Assembly: GCF_006345805.1 (NCBI RefSeq)
Contig: NC_043003.1
Span: 49,352,001-49,416,000 of the forward strand
Length of the DNA stretch: 64,000 bases
Reading direction: 5' to 3'
Source of the DNA: Octopus sinensis
Taxonomy: Eukaryota
Shown here: positions 26,926-38,820 of the stretch, one piece after another
Numbering within the stretch: the first letter of the stretch is position 1
How the letters are laid out: every line of letters begins with the position of its first letter
Notes under the pieces: generated by a model
What the model saw: only the letters and a program-made list of their open reading frames with translations
What the model was told of the DNA's origin: nothing
Databases searched by the model: none
Position numbers and translations under genes: made by a program

Positions 26926-27100
26926 ATATAATATATATATATATATACGACTGGCTTCTTTTAGTTTCCGTCTGCCAAATCCACTCACAAGGCTTTGGTC
27001 AGTCTGAGGTTAATACAGACAACACTAGCCCAAGGTTCCACGCAGTGGAATTGAACCCAGAACCATGTGGTTGGTAAGTAAGCTTCTTACCACATAGCCA
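26610..27100 (-). mobile_element. CORE-type SINE, full length
   Basis: Same head, internal microsatellite and tail as the neighbouring copy. Confidence 0.85.
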
Positions 27101-27484
27101 CGCCAAGAATGCTCACGTACTTTTGTTAAGGCAAAAGTCATTGCACTTAATGAGACATTTGCCTATTTTAGCATCTAGAAATTAACAGATGCATTCATTA
27201 TCTATTCTTACTGCGGTCGTCAGCAAAACTTAGGGTCATGCCGGAATAGACTGGGTCGCAGAGAAAATGCAACATACATGGGTATTGCTCGTCGAAGATC
27301 GTTACGTAGCTTGAGTGTGCTGTATGACCCTCGGCAAGAAAGAAGGAGTGAAGTGAAGAGTGACTAGCTCTGTGGATCGTAGTTGATAGATCGATTAATG
27401 GGTTCAAGCCTATCTCCGATCTAAGACTATACAACAGCAACAACAAGAGCAACAAAAACACGTATAACCAACAACAACAGAGGT

Positions 27485-27765
27485 GGAGGTGCAATGGCCC
27501 AGTGGTTAGAGCAGCGAACTCGCGGTTTCGATTCCCAGACCAGGCGTTGTGTGTTTATTGAGCGAAAACACCTAAAGCTTAACGAGGCTCCGGCAGGGTG
27601 TGGTGGCGACCCCTGTTGTACTCTTTCGCTCCAACTTTCTCTCACTCTTTCTTCCTATTTCTTATCCCCAACTTCCTACGCAACCGCTGAGCCTGGATGC
27701 ACATTCATCCATCCGTCGATGCTCTCGGTGTCGGGGGTTGACCTGCTTTCTCTTCTGCGGGTCTT
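27485..27765 (+). mobile_element. tRNA-derived SINE, family R
   Basis: Near-identical to 22678-23030. Confidence 0.85.
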
Positions 27766-27789
27766 GCGGACAAAAATCACAATCGCCCC

Positions 27790-28260
27790 TCATCATCAAC
27801 ACCTCCACCACAACCACCAACATCAACGCTGCCACCGCCGCCACGGCCGTCACAGCTGCCGCCGCCGCAACCACCCTACCCTCACTCCCACCACCTCTAC
27901 CCCCACCTCCTTCTCCTCCGCCGCATTAACACAAGGCACTACAAAGCACAACCGATCATCATCATCACCAATACTCTCATCACGTAAAAACGTGGACGAC
28001 GACAAAGAAGAATACTGACGCCACCACAACCACCACCACCACCACCACCACCGCTGCTGCCGTTGCCACCGTTGCCGTCGCCGACCACCATCAACAGCAA
28101 CACCACCGTCACCACCACCACCACCACCGCCACCACCACCATCACCACCACCAAAACCACCACCACCGACCCCAACACCACCACCACCACCACCGTCCAC
28201 CGTCACCATCACTACCACCACCACCACCACCACCACCACCACCACCACCTCTATCGCGAC
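27790..28260. repeat. (CCA/ACC)n-rich low-complexity tract
   Basis: Directly visible. Confidence 0.9.
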
Positions 28261-28424
28261 CGAGCAGTCATATTTAATAATCATTTATCATCGTTTATCA
28301 TTTAGTTCCCCAATAATAAGTGAATGTTAATTATGTGAAAATCATAGAATTTACTTCATAAATACCATGTTGAATATTTCAAAGAGTCGCTTCCTCTCTG
28401 TCTTCTACGATCACTGCTGCTGCT

Positions 28425-29110
28425 GCTGCTACCACTGCTGTTCTTACTTCACCTTTGATTCTTGGTGTTCTTGTACTTTGCTGCAGCTGCTGCTGTTGCT
28501 GCTGGTGGTGTCGTTGTTACTTCCTTTGTAGTTGCTGCTGATGCTGTTGTTATCGTTGCAGCTCTACTTCTTCTTCTTCTTCTTCTTCTCTACATCTTCT
28601 TTTTCTCCTTCTTTTTCTCCTTCTTTTTCTCCTTCTTCTTCTTCTTCTCCTACATCTTTTTCTTCTTCTTCTTATTCTTCTCCTACATCTTTTTCTTTTT
28701 CTTCTTCTTCTTCTTCTTCTCCTCTTCCTCCTCCTACATCTTCTTTTTCTTCTTCTTCGCCTCCTCTTCCTCCTCCATCTTCTTCTTATCCTCCTTCTCC
28801 TCTTCCATCTTCTCCTTCTTCATCTTCTTCTCCTTCTTCTTCTTCTTCTTCTTCTTCTTCTTCTTCTTCTCTCCTTCTCCTTCTTCTTCTTCTTCTTCTT
28901 CTTCTTCTCCTCCTTCTCCTTCTTCTTCTCTTTCTTCATCTTCTTCATCTTTTGATGATGATATTGACGACGTTGTTGCTGCTGACGAAAATACTTTTGT
29001 TGATATTTTGATTGCCGTCGATCTTAGTGTTGACTTTGTTGTTGACATTGCTGCTGCTGCTGTGCTGGTGTTGTTGCTGCTGTGCTGTTGTTGTTGTAGC
29101 TTCTGTTGTC
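28425..29110. repeat. (CTT/CTC)n polypyrimidine tract flanked by (GCT/GTT)n
   Basis: Directly visible; about 400 bp of nearly pure pyrimidine on the + strand (28560-28950). Confidence 0.9.
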
Positions 29111-29545
29111 ATTGAAGATAACACTATTGAAAATGATAATGTTGTTTATTCCTAAGTCAGCTCTGTAGGAACTGACCTATGACAAAAGCATCATAATCGA
29201 GCTCCCCGCCCCCACACCAAACTTCTTCCCGCACCCCCTGTCATAGCATTCAAAACAAATAGCCGAATCTTTAAGGAGTCGATATTGCTATAGCTTTTTA
29301 TACTTCAAGTTCAAATCCCGCAAGGGTCCACCTTGACCTTCATCATTCCGGGCCCATAAATTAGAGTTTCAGACCAAAGCATCGGTCAGGAAGAATAATC
29401 AGTGCACCAGATAAAACACTTCGTGATATTTGTTCCGGCTATTTACGTTCTGAGTTCAAACACCACGCAGGTCAACATTGCTTCTTTTCCTTCTGTGGTT
29501 GATAAAGTACCAGTCCAGTGTATAAGCTTGGGCGAAATGTTAGAG

Positions 29546-29875
29546 CAGTGTTTTCCAGCCTATTTCTCCCACCTCCACCCCCAGCCCCACTTTACAGAAA
29601 AATGTATGCCCCACTGATAGTTGAAAAAAAAACAACTTTATTTTTAATATTTCATAATTATATACTTTCCTTATAGAAATACCCGCACAAGGGCATTAGA
29701 ATAGGGCTATACTGTAGCAGTCTTCACATAATATGCTTGGCTGGAGGGATTGGTTTAGCTAAGCTTAGCATAGATGTAGTGAATAAAGATTTTCCCAATT
29801 ACATGACCAACTAAAAAATTGGGGTCCCACGCCCCACCATAATTTTCTCACAATGCCCCACATTGGGAATCACTG
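29546..29875. mobile_element. Possible hAT (Charlie-like) MITE
   Basis: Imperfect TIRs CAGTGTTTTCCA / TGGGAATCACTG. The 8-bp flanks match only 4/8 (TGTTAGAG vs TAATTAAG). Confidence 0.45.
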
Positions 29876-30349
29876 TAATTAAGCATTAGAGAAAACGCTT
29901 TTCTACATTTGTTTCGGTTGTTTACCTCCTCAGTACCCAAAAAGATGTGGCGAAATGGTTTGTACCTTGGTATGATGATGTCTGATGAAATAAAGAGAAG
30001 AGTACACATAAACCCGAAAGACGATATCAAAGCATCATTCATGTCTTTGGATTGTCCGATGAAAATTCTTTGACTGTCAAAGAGCGTTTGTCAGTAAGTT
30101 TACTTGCGGGTCATTCACGATCTGATGTCTCAGAAAGGTAAGCTTAACTGGGATTCCATTATCAAACGTGCCTTCCTTTCATTTTTGAAAGAGGTGTGAT
30201 TCAGCAGCTGATTCTTGCATCCATCCACATTAATATTTCCTTGTTGACTAGTTGATACATTTAGAGAGAGAATGTGTGTGTGGTGTGTGTATGTGTGTGT
30301 GTATGTGTATGTGTGTGTGTGTGTTTATGTGTGTGTGTGTGTTAGTGTA

Positions 30350-30560
30350 TTCTTTTATTCTTTTACCTGTTTCAGTCATTTGACTGCGGCCATCCTGGAG
30401 CACCGCCTTTAGTCAAACAAATCGACCCAGAACTTATTCTTTGTAAGTCCAGTACTTATTCTATCGGTTTCTTTTGCCGATCCGCTAAGTTACGGGTACG
30501 TAAACACACCAACATCAGTTGTCAAGCGATGTTGGGGAACAAACACAGATACATAAACAT
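30350..30560 (-). mobile_element. CORE-type SINE 3' half
   Basis: Tail block CAGTCATTTGACTGCGGCCATCCTGGAGCACCGCC. Confidence 0.8.
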
Positions 30561-30611
30561 ATGCAGCCACTATACATTCTTTATTTTCTCTACTTGTTTC
30601 TTTCTGTGTTC

Positions 30612-30647
30612 CTTTCTGTAGAAGAGCGTAGGCTCGAAACGTCAAAG
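30612..30647 (+). ncRNA. Minimal type I hammerhead, core variant
   Basis: CTTT / CTGTAGA (A6>U) / A / GAGC-gtag-GCTC / GAAA / ACGT / C17 / AAAG. Same stems II and III as 10880-10917 with a different loop; the element ends in (TA)n at ~30737. Confidence 0.55.
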
Positions 30648-30734
30648 ATTTTTTCACTTCCCGAGAGTTAAACTAATACATCTGTTTGTTGTCTACACCA
30701 CCTGTCTTCGTCATTTGTTTTTTTGTGAATGGTC

Positions 30735-30774
<40 letters not shown>

Positions 30775-31257
30775 ACAGTATTATTATTATTATTATTAAT
30801 AATAATAATAATAATATTTATAGTATTAACAATAATGATAATGATAATAATAATAATGATAGCAATAAAAACATGGTTTTAGTCTCTGAGGACGACCCCA
30901 ACAGAATTAAATTTATGTCTAATAATTCTAAGATCAAGAATTCTATATAAAAAATAGCTATTAGTATAAAATGTGTCAAGGACTTGAACCCGAATATGCA
31001 GCTTTGCATGTATGTGAGAATTTATACGATTGAAATAAGATAAGATAAAATAAAATAAAATAAAATGAGTGCAGAAGTGAAATGGTCCAGATGGCGCTGT
31101 GTGCATACAATTTACTATGGCTGATGGATCGAAGTATATGCGTATAAAGTAGCATTCAGGATCGAAGAAAAATTTCTGAAAGTACGAAATGTCTATGTTC
31201 TGTATATGGCTGGTATGTGATTGTGTATCTTTTCATGTTTACTATGTGTTGTATGTA

Positions 31258-31350
31258 TAGGACATCCTGATGAGAGGAGTGCCAATTTTAAGTATATGAT
31301 ATGTCTAGAATTAATTGGCACATCTCCGAAATGGCCTGTAGATGGATTCT
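31258..31350 (+). ncRNA. Type I hammerhead ribozyme (GUA triplet)
   Basis: Stem I CATC 31263-31266 / GATG 31341-31344, extendable; CTGATGA 31267-31273; stem II closed G-C and containing perfect GTGCCAATT/AATTGGCAC; GAAA 31328-31331; wobble-self-complementary ATGGCCTGT; A17=31340. The element runs to (TA)n at ~31727. Confidence 0.75.
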
Positions 31351-32146
31351 GTGTATCTTTGTAAACTTATATTCTTGTAAACTTGTATAATTATTATCTT
31401 CTATGTACATTTCGCTAGAATTTTAATTCGTCTTTTAATATGGCATTGTATGCTTTATTTTTATTCATTATTATTATATTTATTTCTCTTATTGTAACAA
31501 ATTTATACTAAATGTTTTAAGCGTAAATTCAAGGTGTTATATGCAAAATTTATATTTTTATATGATATATATACTAAATTACTAAATTTTTAAATTTCTA
31601 AATGTCGGACTTTATAGATATAAATGAGTATATGAAGATTTGTATGTGTTTGGTCTATCTGTGGATTTTGTGATGTTCCTGTGGTTGTTGCTCGCATTGC
31701 CTCCCCTCGGATAAAAAAAGTATATTTATATATATATATATATGCATATATGGGTACACGATGTCACAAAACGTAAACATGAAATACGAAAACAAACTTG
31801 GGTATGCGAACAGCGAGAGAAACAAGTGGAAAACATGACAAGTAACTTAAAGAACGACCCTTCATTAGTTGTCATGCGTACACAAATGTACGCATGATTT
31901 TATACACAAAAGCGAAATACAAATGCATATATAACTAAAGATGCTAATGCGTAAAAGACGTTGCTATAGAGTGAGCGATAAAAGAAGTTAAGTGCATATA
32001 TGTACGTATGCGCATGCGCATAAACACACACACACACAATTCCGTGTGTGTGTGTATGTTGAAGTATTGAAACAGTTTTAGTGAAGTTTGTCTATGAAGC
32101 ATACGTGCATACACATATTTACTATACTGATATATATATATATATA

Positions 32147-32245
<99 letters not shown>

Positions 32246-32814
32246 CGTGTGTGTGCGCGTGTAAGTAAGTAAGTAAATAAATAAATATATATATATATAT
32301 TTATGTACGTCTGTTTCTGTGTGTGTGTATGTACTTATTCGTAGTTGAGGACGAGCACAAAGCATTACAGCGCACCAAGGAAATGCCTCTTGGTGAAAAA
32401 GTCAATTAGTAGAAGGAATAAAAACAACAACAACTTAAACAAAACAAAAAAAAAACAACAACAACACCATCATCAAACAGGACATAAAGAAATAGCATCC
32501 GAGTAATAAATAATAACAACATGAGCAACAACAAAATAATTATTATTATTTGCACCAACAATAAATACAACAACAACACGAAGGTCACAAGGATCCTCAG
32601 CAACAACAACTGTCTCTTAAATATAAATTAAAGGTAGCTGAAGACTAACAGTAATGATGTAGTCCTATCTGAAATGTAGATGATACATGAAGAAGCACCT
32701 GCGTTGCTAATTGCGTTTCTGTAAGTGTCATTACGTTGAGCCAGACGTATGTTTTATGCGATATGGGGTTTTTCATTTTGATTTTTTTTTTGTTTAGTCA
32801 AGTTTAATTAGACG

Positions 32815-33490
32815 TATATGTATATATGTGTATGTGTATATGTATATATGTATATGTGTATATGTATATATATATATATATATATGTGTGTATATATATA
32901 TATGTATGTATGTATGTATGTATATATGTATATATATATGTGTATATATGTGTATATGTATATATGTATATATGTATATGTGAATATATGTATATGTGTA
33001 TATATATGTATATGTGTATATATGTATGTATATGTGTATATATGTATATGTGTATATATGTATATGTGTATATATGTATATGTGTATATATGTATGTATA
33101 TGTGTATATATGTATATATATATATATATGTGTATATATGTGTATATATGTATATATGTATGTATATATATGTATATGTATATATATGTATGTATATATA
33201 TGTATATGTATATATATGTATATATATGTGTATATATATGTATGTATATGTATATATATGTGTATATATATGTATGTATATGTATGTATATGTATGTATA
33301 TGTATATATATGTATGTATGTATATGTATGTATATGTATGTATATGTATATATATATGTATGTATATGCATGTATATATATATGTATATATATATATGTA
33401 TATATGTATATATATATATGTATATATGTATATACATATATATATGTATATGTATATATATGTATATATGTATATATATATATATGTACA
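32815..33490. repeat. ~670-bp (TATATG/TATG)n microsatellite
   Basis: Directly visible; source of several 180-250 aa spurious ORFs. Confidence 0.95.
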
Positions 33491-33570
33491 CAGTGCATCT
33501 ATTCATACAACGTCAATTTGATGAAGAGAGGCATAAACCATTGATCGGTATAATCATATATATATATATA

Positions 33571-33634
33571 TGATGGACTCTCTCATCGTATAATCTGAAC
33601 GCTCATACGGCGTCTGCGACTGGAGAGTCCATCA
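33571..33634. mobile_element. 64-bp TIR mini-element in (TA)n
   Basis: Perfect 12-bp TIR TGATGGACTCTC / GAGAGTCCATCA with TA repeats on both sides. Confidence 0.6.
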
Positions 33635-34446
33635 TATATTTATATATTTGATAGCGATTATTGTTTAGTCACAAGTTAATCCTCAGGTTCATGAGCTATC
33701 ATCAAAGAAGTGGCCATTACGTCTTAATTTCGGACTGTGTCGAACATTATATTTTCTGATGCTTTTTCATATTTTTAAGGCAGTAAAGTTGTAGTTTGAA
33801 GGAGATTTTGCTGCTATTTATAGCATTGACACTTTTTACGTTGGTTTATCGCGAATTTTAATTGTTGCTGTTATTGTTGTTTAAAAAATTGAAATTTAGA
33901 TAGGATGGTCGGGACTGGAAAGCCTTTGATCATATTCTCCCCAATCAGGTCTGACTTTGGGCCAAACAACAAGAAGAAAAACAACAACAACAACAAGTGT
34001 CGAGAATATTTCTCTTCTTTCATTGATCTTGTTTCTGGTAGGATGAAAGCCAAACATTTCTTTGATGTAAAATATGATCAAAGCTGAAGGTTCTCTAACG
34101 ATTTAGACATCATTTCGATGTCACATGCTGTTTGTCTGTCTGTTTTTCTGTCTACTTGTCTATCTGTCTATCCATCTGTCTCTCAGGTTAAGTAGATTGA
34201 ACAGGTCACGGAGTGTTAGAAGTACCTAAAATTTAAAAATTACTCTAAAAATTATTAGACAAGTTGGGCGATTGTGATAACTTAGTTTTGACAGAAGTGT
34301 TGCTATTTAAAGTAGACACAAACAAAACACACACATATATACATGCACACGCACATACACACATATATATTCGGCGAATGTTATATGCTGTTATTCGTAA
34401 TTTTTCTTAAAGCGACAAAAATTCAATGAGGTGGAATAATAAAGAT

Positions 34447-34896
34447 GAATCTTTTCGGTTTGAACGGCAGTTTTTTAAAATAATTTCCACGTAACTAAAC
34501 ACTTTTAAACTTCGTATACTGGTAGAATGTGTTTATAAAACATATTTCTCTTTTGGCTTTATTGAGAAAATTCTATAGTTTGTAAGATATTTGTTTGTTT
34601 TTTTTCTTCAATTTCTGCAATTTCAACCAATCAATGACCGTCTATTGAGGTGAAAACATTCTGTGCCATATGATAATGTGCCTCGTTTAAGAAACAGATT
34701 AGGTTTATTTACATTTCTGAAGAAAAAAAAGACACCCTTCCCTACCCCTAACCCTAACTAATCCTAACTAACCCTAACTCTAACCCTAACCCTAAAATAG
34801 ATTGAAATGCGATAAATCGATACTAGGGTCATAATTATGGGTGACAATTTCGTATGACACCGCTAGAAAAAACTGCCGTTCAAACCGAAAAGATCC
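34447..34896. mobile_element. 450-bp non-autonomous DNA transposon (30-bp TIR, AT flanks) carrying (CCCTAA)n
   Basis: TIR GAATCTTTTCGGTTTGAACGGCAGTTTTTT (34447-34476) vs 34867-34896 with one mismatch; AT on both flanks; degenerate CCCTAA repeats at 34740-34795. Confidence 0.8.
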
Positions 34897-35725
34897 ATAA
34901 AGACTCCACTGGCCAAACAAGGTCTCATCTTCGTAACATGCGAGATTTGGCGTGGTTCAGGAGAAAAAAAAATCCAAATCATTTTGTTGTAGAACTACAA
35001 TGCACAGTGGAAGTAAAAAGTAAGATAAAAACAAAAGGAAGTAAACTAAAGATTGAAACGAATGATTAACTGAATTAAAAAAATATATACACGAAATAAA
35101 TAAATGTAAAAATGTAGAAAGAAAATATAACACATAAAATGGGTGTTTAAATGAATAATTAAATTGATGAATAAATATACAGAGATGTTCTTGAATAATT
35201 AAGTAAATAGATAAAAGAATAGAGACAATTGCATAATTAAATCAAGGATGGATAATTAAGTAGAGAGATGGTTGTATAATTAAATATACAATTTAATAAA
35301 CAAATAAATGAAAATATATCAAGAATACAGTGGAGGTAAGCAATGAGTAATTAAGAAGTAAAAGTCAGGGGTGGGAGGTGGTTATATGATACAGGATTAA
35401 GATTAAGGATATCTAATCAAATGTCAGTAATTTAATGTTGCCGACCCCACAATCAATAATCTACATATGGAATAAGCGTAAACGCTAACATCAAACATGA
35501 GGTTATGGTATATGTATATTTACAGCATTTTGTTATGATCTTTCACAGCAAGCTTAACAGCTTAGCTATTATGAGCAAGGATGCTTGATTATTCGAATTG
35601 ATCCTAAATGTTGGTTGAGTATACTGTATCTAGCTTGTACAATTCAAAATATAGATATCAGATGAAATATCAAGTACGTGGATCTAAGGGTAGGTTTCAT
35701 TGCTTATAAAGTATGTGTGTGTATA

Positions 35726-35767
<42 letters not shown>

Positions 35768-35854
35768 TATATATATAAATTAATAATAAATATTAGGGAA
35801 TAAATCCAAACTTACAGGGAAAAATCAGTTCATTGTTTAAACCTCGCCAAGATA

Positions 35855-35936
35855 AATATTTAAACCACCTGATGAATGACTGCGACTCAAAAATTTGAAG
35901 AAGTTAGCAGGCATGAAACGATCGTAGTGTGATATT
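35855..35936 (+). ncRNA. Type I hammerhead ribozyme (GUA triplet)
   Basis: Stem I CAC/GTG plus internal loop plus AATAT/ATATT; CTGATGA 35869-35875; ~11-bp stem II (ATG/CAT, CTGC/GCAG, GACT/AGTT); GAAA 35915-35918; palindromic ACGATCGT; A17=35926. The element (35778-36048) lies between two (TA)n tracts. Confidence 0.82.
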
Positions 35937-36063
35937 AATTATATTTTTTAATAATTTTGTTATATATTTAAACATTATAACTTAAATAATCTTATGTATT
36001 GGCTTAAATTTTTCATTGTTTGATTTGCCTAATAGTGGTTTTGTCTCTAATATAATATAATAT

Positions 36064-36099
<36 letters not shown>

Positions 36100-36454
36100 C
36101 AGGAGTGGCTGTGTGGTAAGTAACTTACTTACCAACCACATGGTTTCGGGTTCAGTCCTATTCAGTGGCAAGTGTCTTTTACTATATCTTCGGGCCGACC
36201 AAAGCCTTGTGGGTGGATTTGGTAGACCGAAACTGAAAGAAGCCCGTCGTATGTATGTGTGTGTGTGTTTTTTTATGTCTGTTTGTCCCCAAACATTGCT
36301 TGACAACTAATGCTGGTGCGTTTACGTCCTCGTAACTTAGCGGTTTGGCAAAAAGCGAGGAATAGAATAAGTACTAGGCTTACAAAGAATAAGTCCTGGG
36401 GTCGATTTGCTCGACTAAAGGCGGTGCTCCAACATGACTGAAGCAAATAAAAGA

Positions 36455-36455
<1 letters not shown>
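36100..36455 (+). mobile_element. CORE-type SINE
   Basis: Head AGGAGTGGCTGTGTGGTAAG...GGGTTCAGTCC, internal (TG)n and conserved tail. Confidence 0.85.
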
Positions 36456-36491
<36 letters not shown>

Positions 36492-36599
36492 TAAATACAC
36501 ACACACATATATATATATACACACACACATAAATACACACACATATATATACATATACACACACATACATATATACATACATACATATATATATATCAT

Positions 36600-36855
36600 C
36601 ATCATCATATATATATATATATATATCATCTTTTAACGTTCGTGTTCCATGCTAGCATGGGTTGGACTGTTCGACTGGGGTCTGGGAAGCCAGGAGGCTG
36701 CACCAGATTCCAGTCTGATCTGGCAGTGCTTCTACAGCTGGATGCCCTTCCTAACTCCAACAACTCCGTGAGTGTAGTGGGTGCTTTTTACCTGCCACCG
36801 GCACGGAAGCCAGTCAAGGCGGTGTTGGCATCGGCCACGTTCGGATGGTGTCCTC
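36600..36855 (-). mobile_element. SINE with (GAT)n tail (3' portion)
   Basis: Minus strand ...GTTAGGAAGGGCATCCAGCTGTAG...CCCATGCTAGCATGGAACACGAACGTTAAAAGATGATGATGAT, an RTE-style 3' end with a short tandem tail. Confidence 0.65.
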
Positions 36856-37769
36856 GTACACACACACACACACACCACACACACACACACATACTGAAAT
36901 ATCAATGACAAACCTTACTGAGTTGGGATTTGATCGCATGTATATAGGGATTTGGCTGAGAGCCATGCTAGTCATTTATTTATTTATTTACTTATGGAAT
37001 CAAGTATTTCCTCAGTTATCTATTGAAGAAATTATTCAATTACATTCCAACTTAATTATTATTTAACCATCCATCTTTGATACTTTTTTTTTACTTTCTA
37101 ATTTATTTTTTGTATTATTATCGTTCTGTTTATTTGATTTCTAATTATTAGCTTAATTATTTAATTACTGTTCATTTAATCACGCTTTTCAAAAAATTTT
37201 CTTAAAGATCTTTCATTGATTTCTCATCGAAATCGACTCTCTCCTTACAAATAATTCCCACAGATAATCTAATTTTTATATTTATTCATATATTTATTTC
37301 TTTATTTTAATGTTTGCTTTCAATTATCCCCTTTATTATTTTCTCAGAGTCACCCCCTCCCTACTCCATCAACAAAAGATTTTTTTTTTCTAGCGGAATC
37401 TGTATCAAGCGTTACTAAAATGTGGCCTTGATTAGCTAATGAGATGTGAATATTCTTCCGCCATTTTGCATATGCAATATCGTTTTTCCCGTCATACTGA
37501 ATTCTCGCTGCCAGAAAAAAGCCCATATATGCGGAAACTCACTAGGAAAGCACATGACATTTGACAAGCGATATTACATATGTGTCGGGTGCATTTTCTC
37601 CAGCTCGCTTTACAAAGTAATGAGAGGTTGATGCTAATTAAGATTAAAAGACCTGCTGATGTCAAACGTAGTCACTGCTTTCTAACGAAGTTTTCTATAT
37701 CGAGAATCCACATTGTACACGACTGAAGAAAGCAAATGTTTTGCAAATATGGTTTCTTAGAAATAATTC

Positions 37770-38185
37770 TGTTACTCTTTTACTCTTTTACTTGTTTTAG
37801 TTATTTGACTGCGGCCATGCTGGAGCACCCGCCTTTAGCCGAGCAAATCGACCCGAGGACTTATTCTTTGTAAGCCTAGTACTTATTCTATCGGTGTCTT
37901 TTGTTGAACCGCTAAGTTACGGGGACATAAACACACCAGCTTCGGTTGTCAAGCGATGTTGGGGGGACAAACTCAGACACACAAACACACACACACATGT
38001 ATATATATATATATATACACATTCGACGGGCTTCTTTCGGTTTCCGTCTACCAAATCCACTCACAAGGCTTTGGTCGGCCCGAGGCTATAGTAGAAGACA
38101 CTTGCTCAAGGTGCCACACAGTGGGACTGAACCCGGAACCATATGGTTGGTAAGCAAGCTACTTAGCACACAGCCACTCCTGCAC
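37770..38185 (-). mobile_element. CORE-type SINE, full length
   Basis: tRNA-like head, GGCACCTTGAGCAAGTGTCTTC block resembling the CORE domain, internal microsatellite and conserved tail. Confidence 0.9.
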
Positions 38186-38439
38186 CTATTAGCCACTCCT
38201 GCGTCTATCGGTTGGTTACCGAGAAGTAAAAGTTATATGGAATACAAGGTTATAAAAAAGTTGATTGGTTTTGATCGCCTCCGTTATCTTTAGAGAATAC
38301 ACAAAGGAAAAATGCATGTGAAACTGACTGCGCTGTGTTGGGAAGAAGTTAAGAAAGTCAAAGTGAGTTCAATAAAAATTCAAATTCCGCTGTAGCTAGT
38401 TAAGGAATTTGTGATTCTAATAAAACAAATGTAGACTAG

Positions 38440-38820
38440 AGGTAGGTGTGCCTGTGTGGTTAAGAAACTTGTTTTGCAATCACGTAGTTTTGGGCTCAGT
38501 TCCACAGCGCGGCGCCTTGGACAAGCGTCTTCTACTGTAGCCCTGAGCCGACCAATGCCTTGTGAGTGAATTTGGTAGACGGAAACTGTACGGAAGCCCG
38601 TTGTATATATGTGTGTGTTTGTGAGTGTTGGTATTGGTCCTCATCACAGCTTGACAATCAGCTTTGGTTTGTTTAAGTCACCGTAACTTAGCGGTTCAAT
38701 AAAAGGATGCTATAGGATTAGTGACAGACTTGAAAAAACTAAAGTACTAGGATCGATTTGTTAGACTTAACTCTTCAAGGTAGTGCCCCAGCGTGGCCGC
38801 AGTCCAATGACTGAAGCATG
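38440..38820 (+). mobile_element. CORE-type SINE (diverged)
   Basis: Colinear with other copies. Confidence 0.75.

Noticed and set aside
27198-27300. FADD motif in a minus-strand ORF (MTLSFADDRSKNR)
   Set aside because: No other RT motifs around it; probably chance.
27850-29115. Poly-T/G/V/F/S/E ORFs, also at 59756-60633
   Set aside because: Trinucleotide low-complexity tracts with no domain or splice evidence.
29934-30140. Unique segment bounded by CTCAG and AG|GTAAG splice-like signals
   Set aside because: All three frames contain stops between the signals.
32794-33573. ORFs of 182-251 aa (and similar YI/YV/HT/CV-rich ORFs across the window)
   Set aside because: Translations of stop-free microsatellites, open in several frames on both strands.
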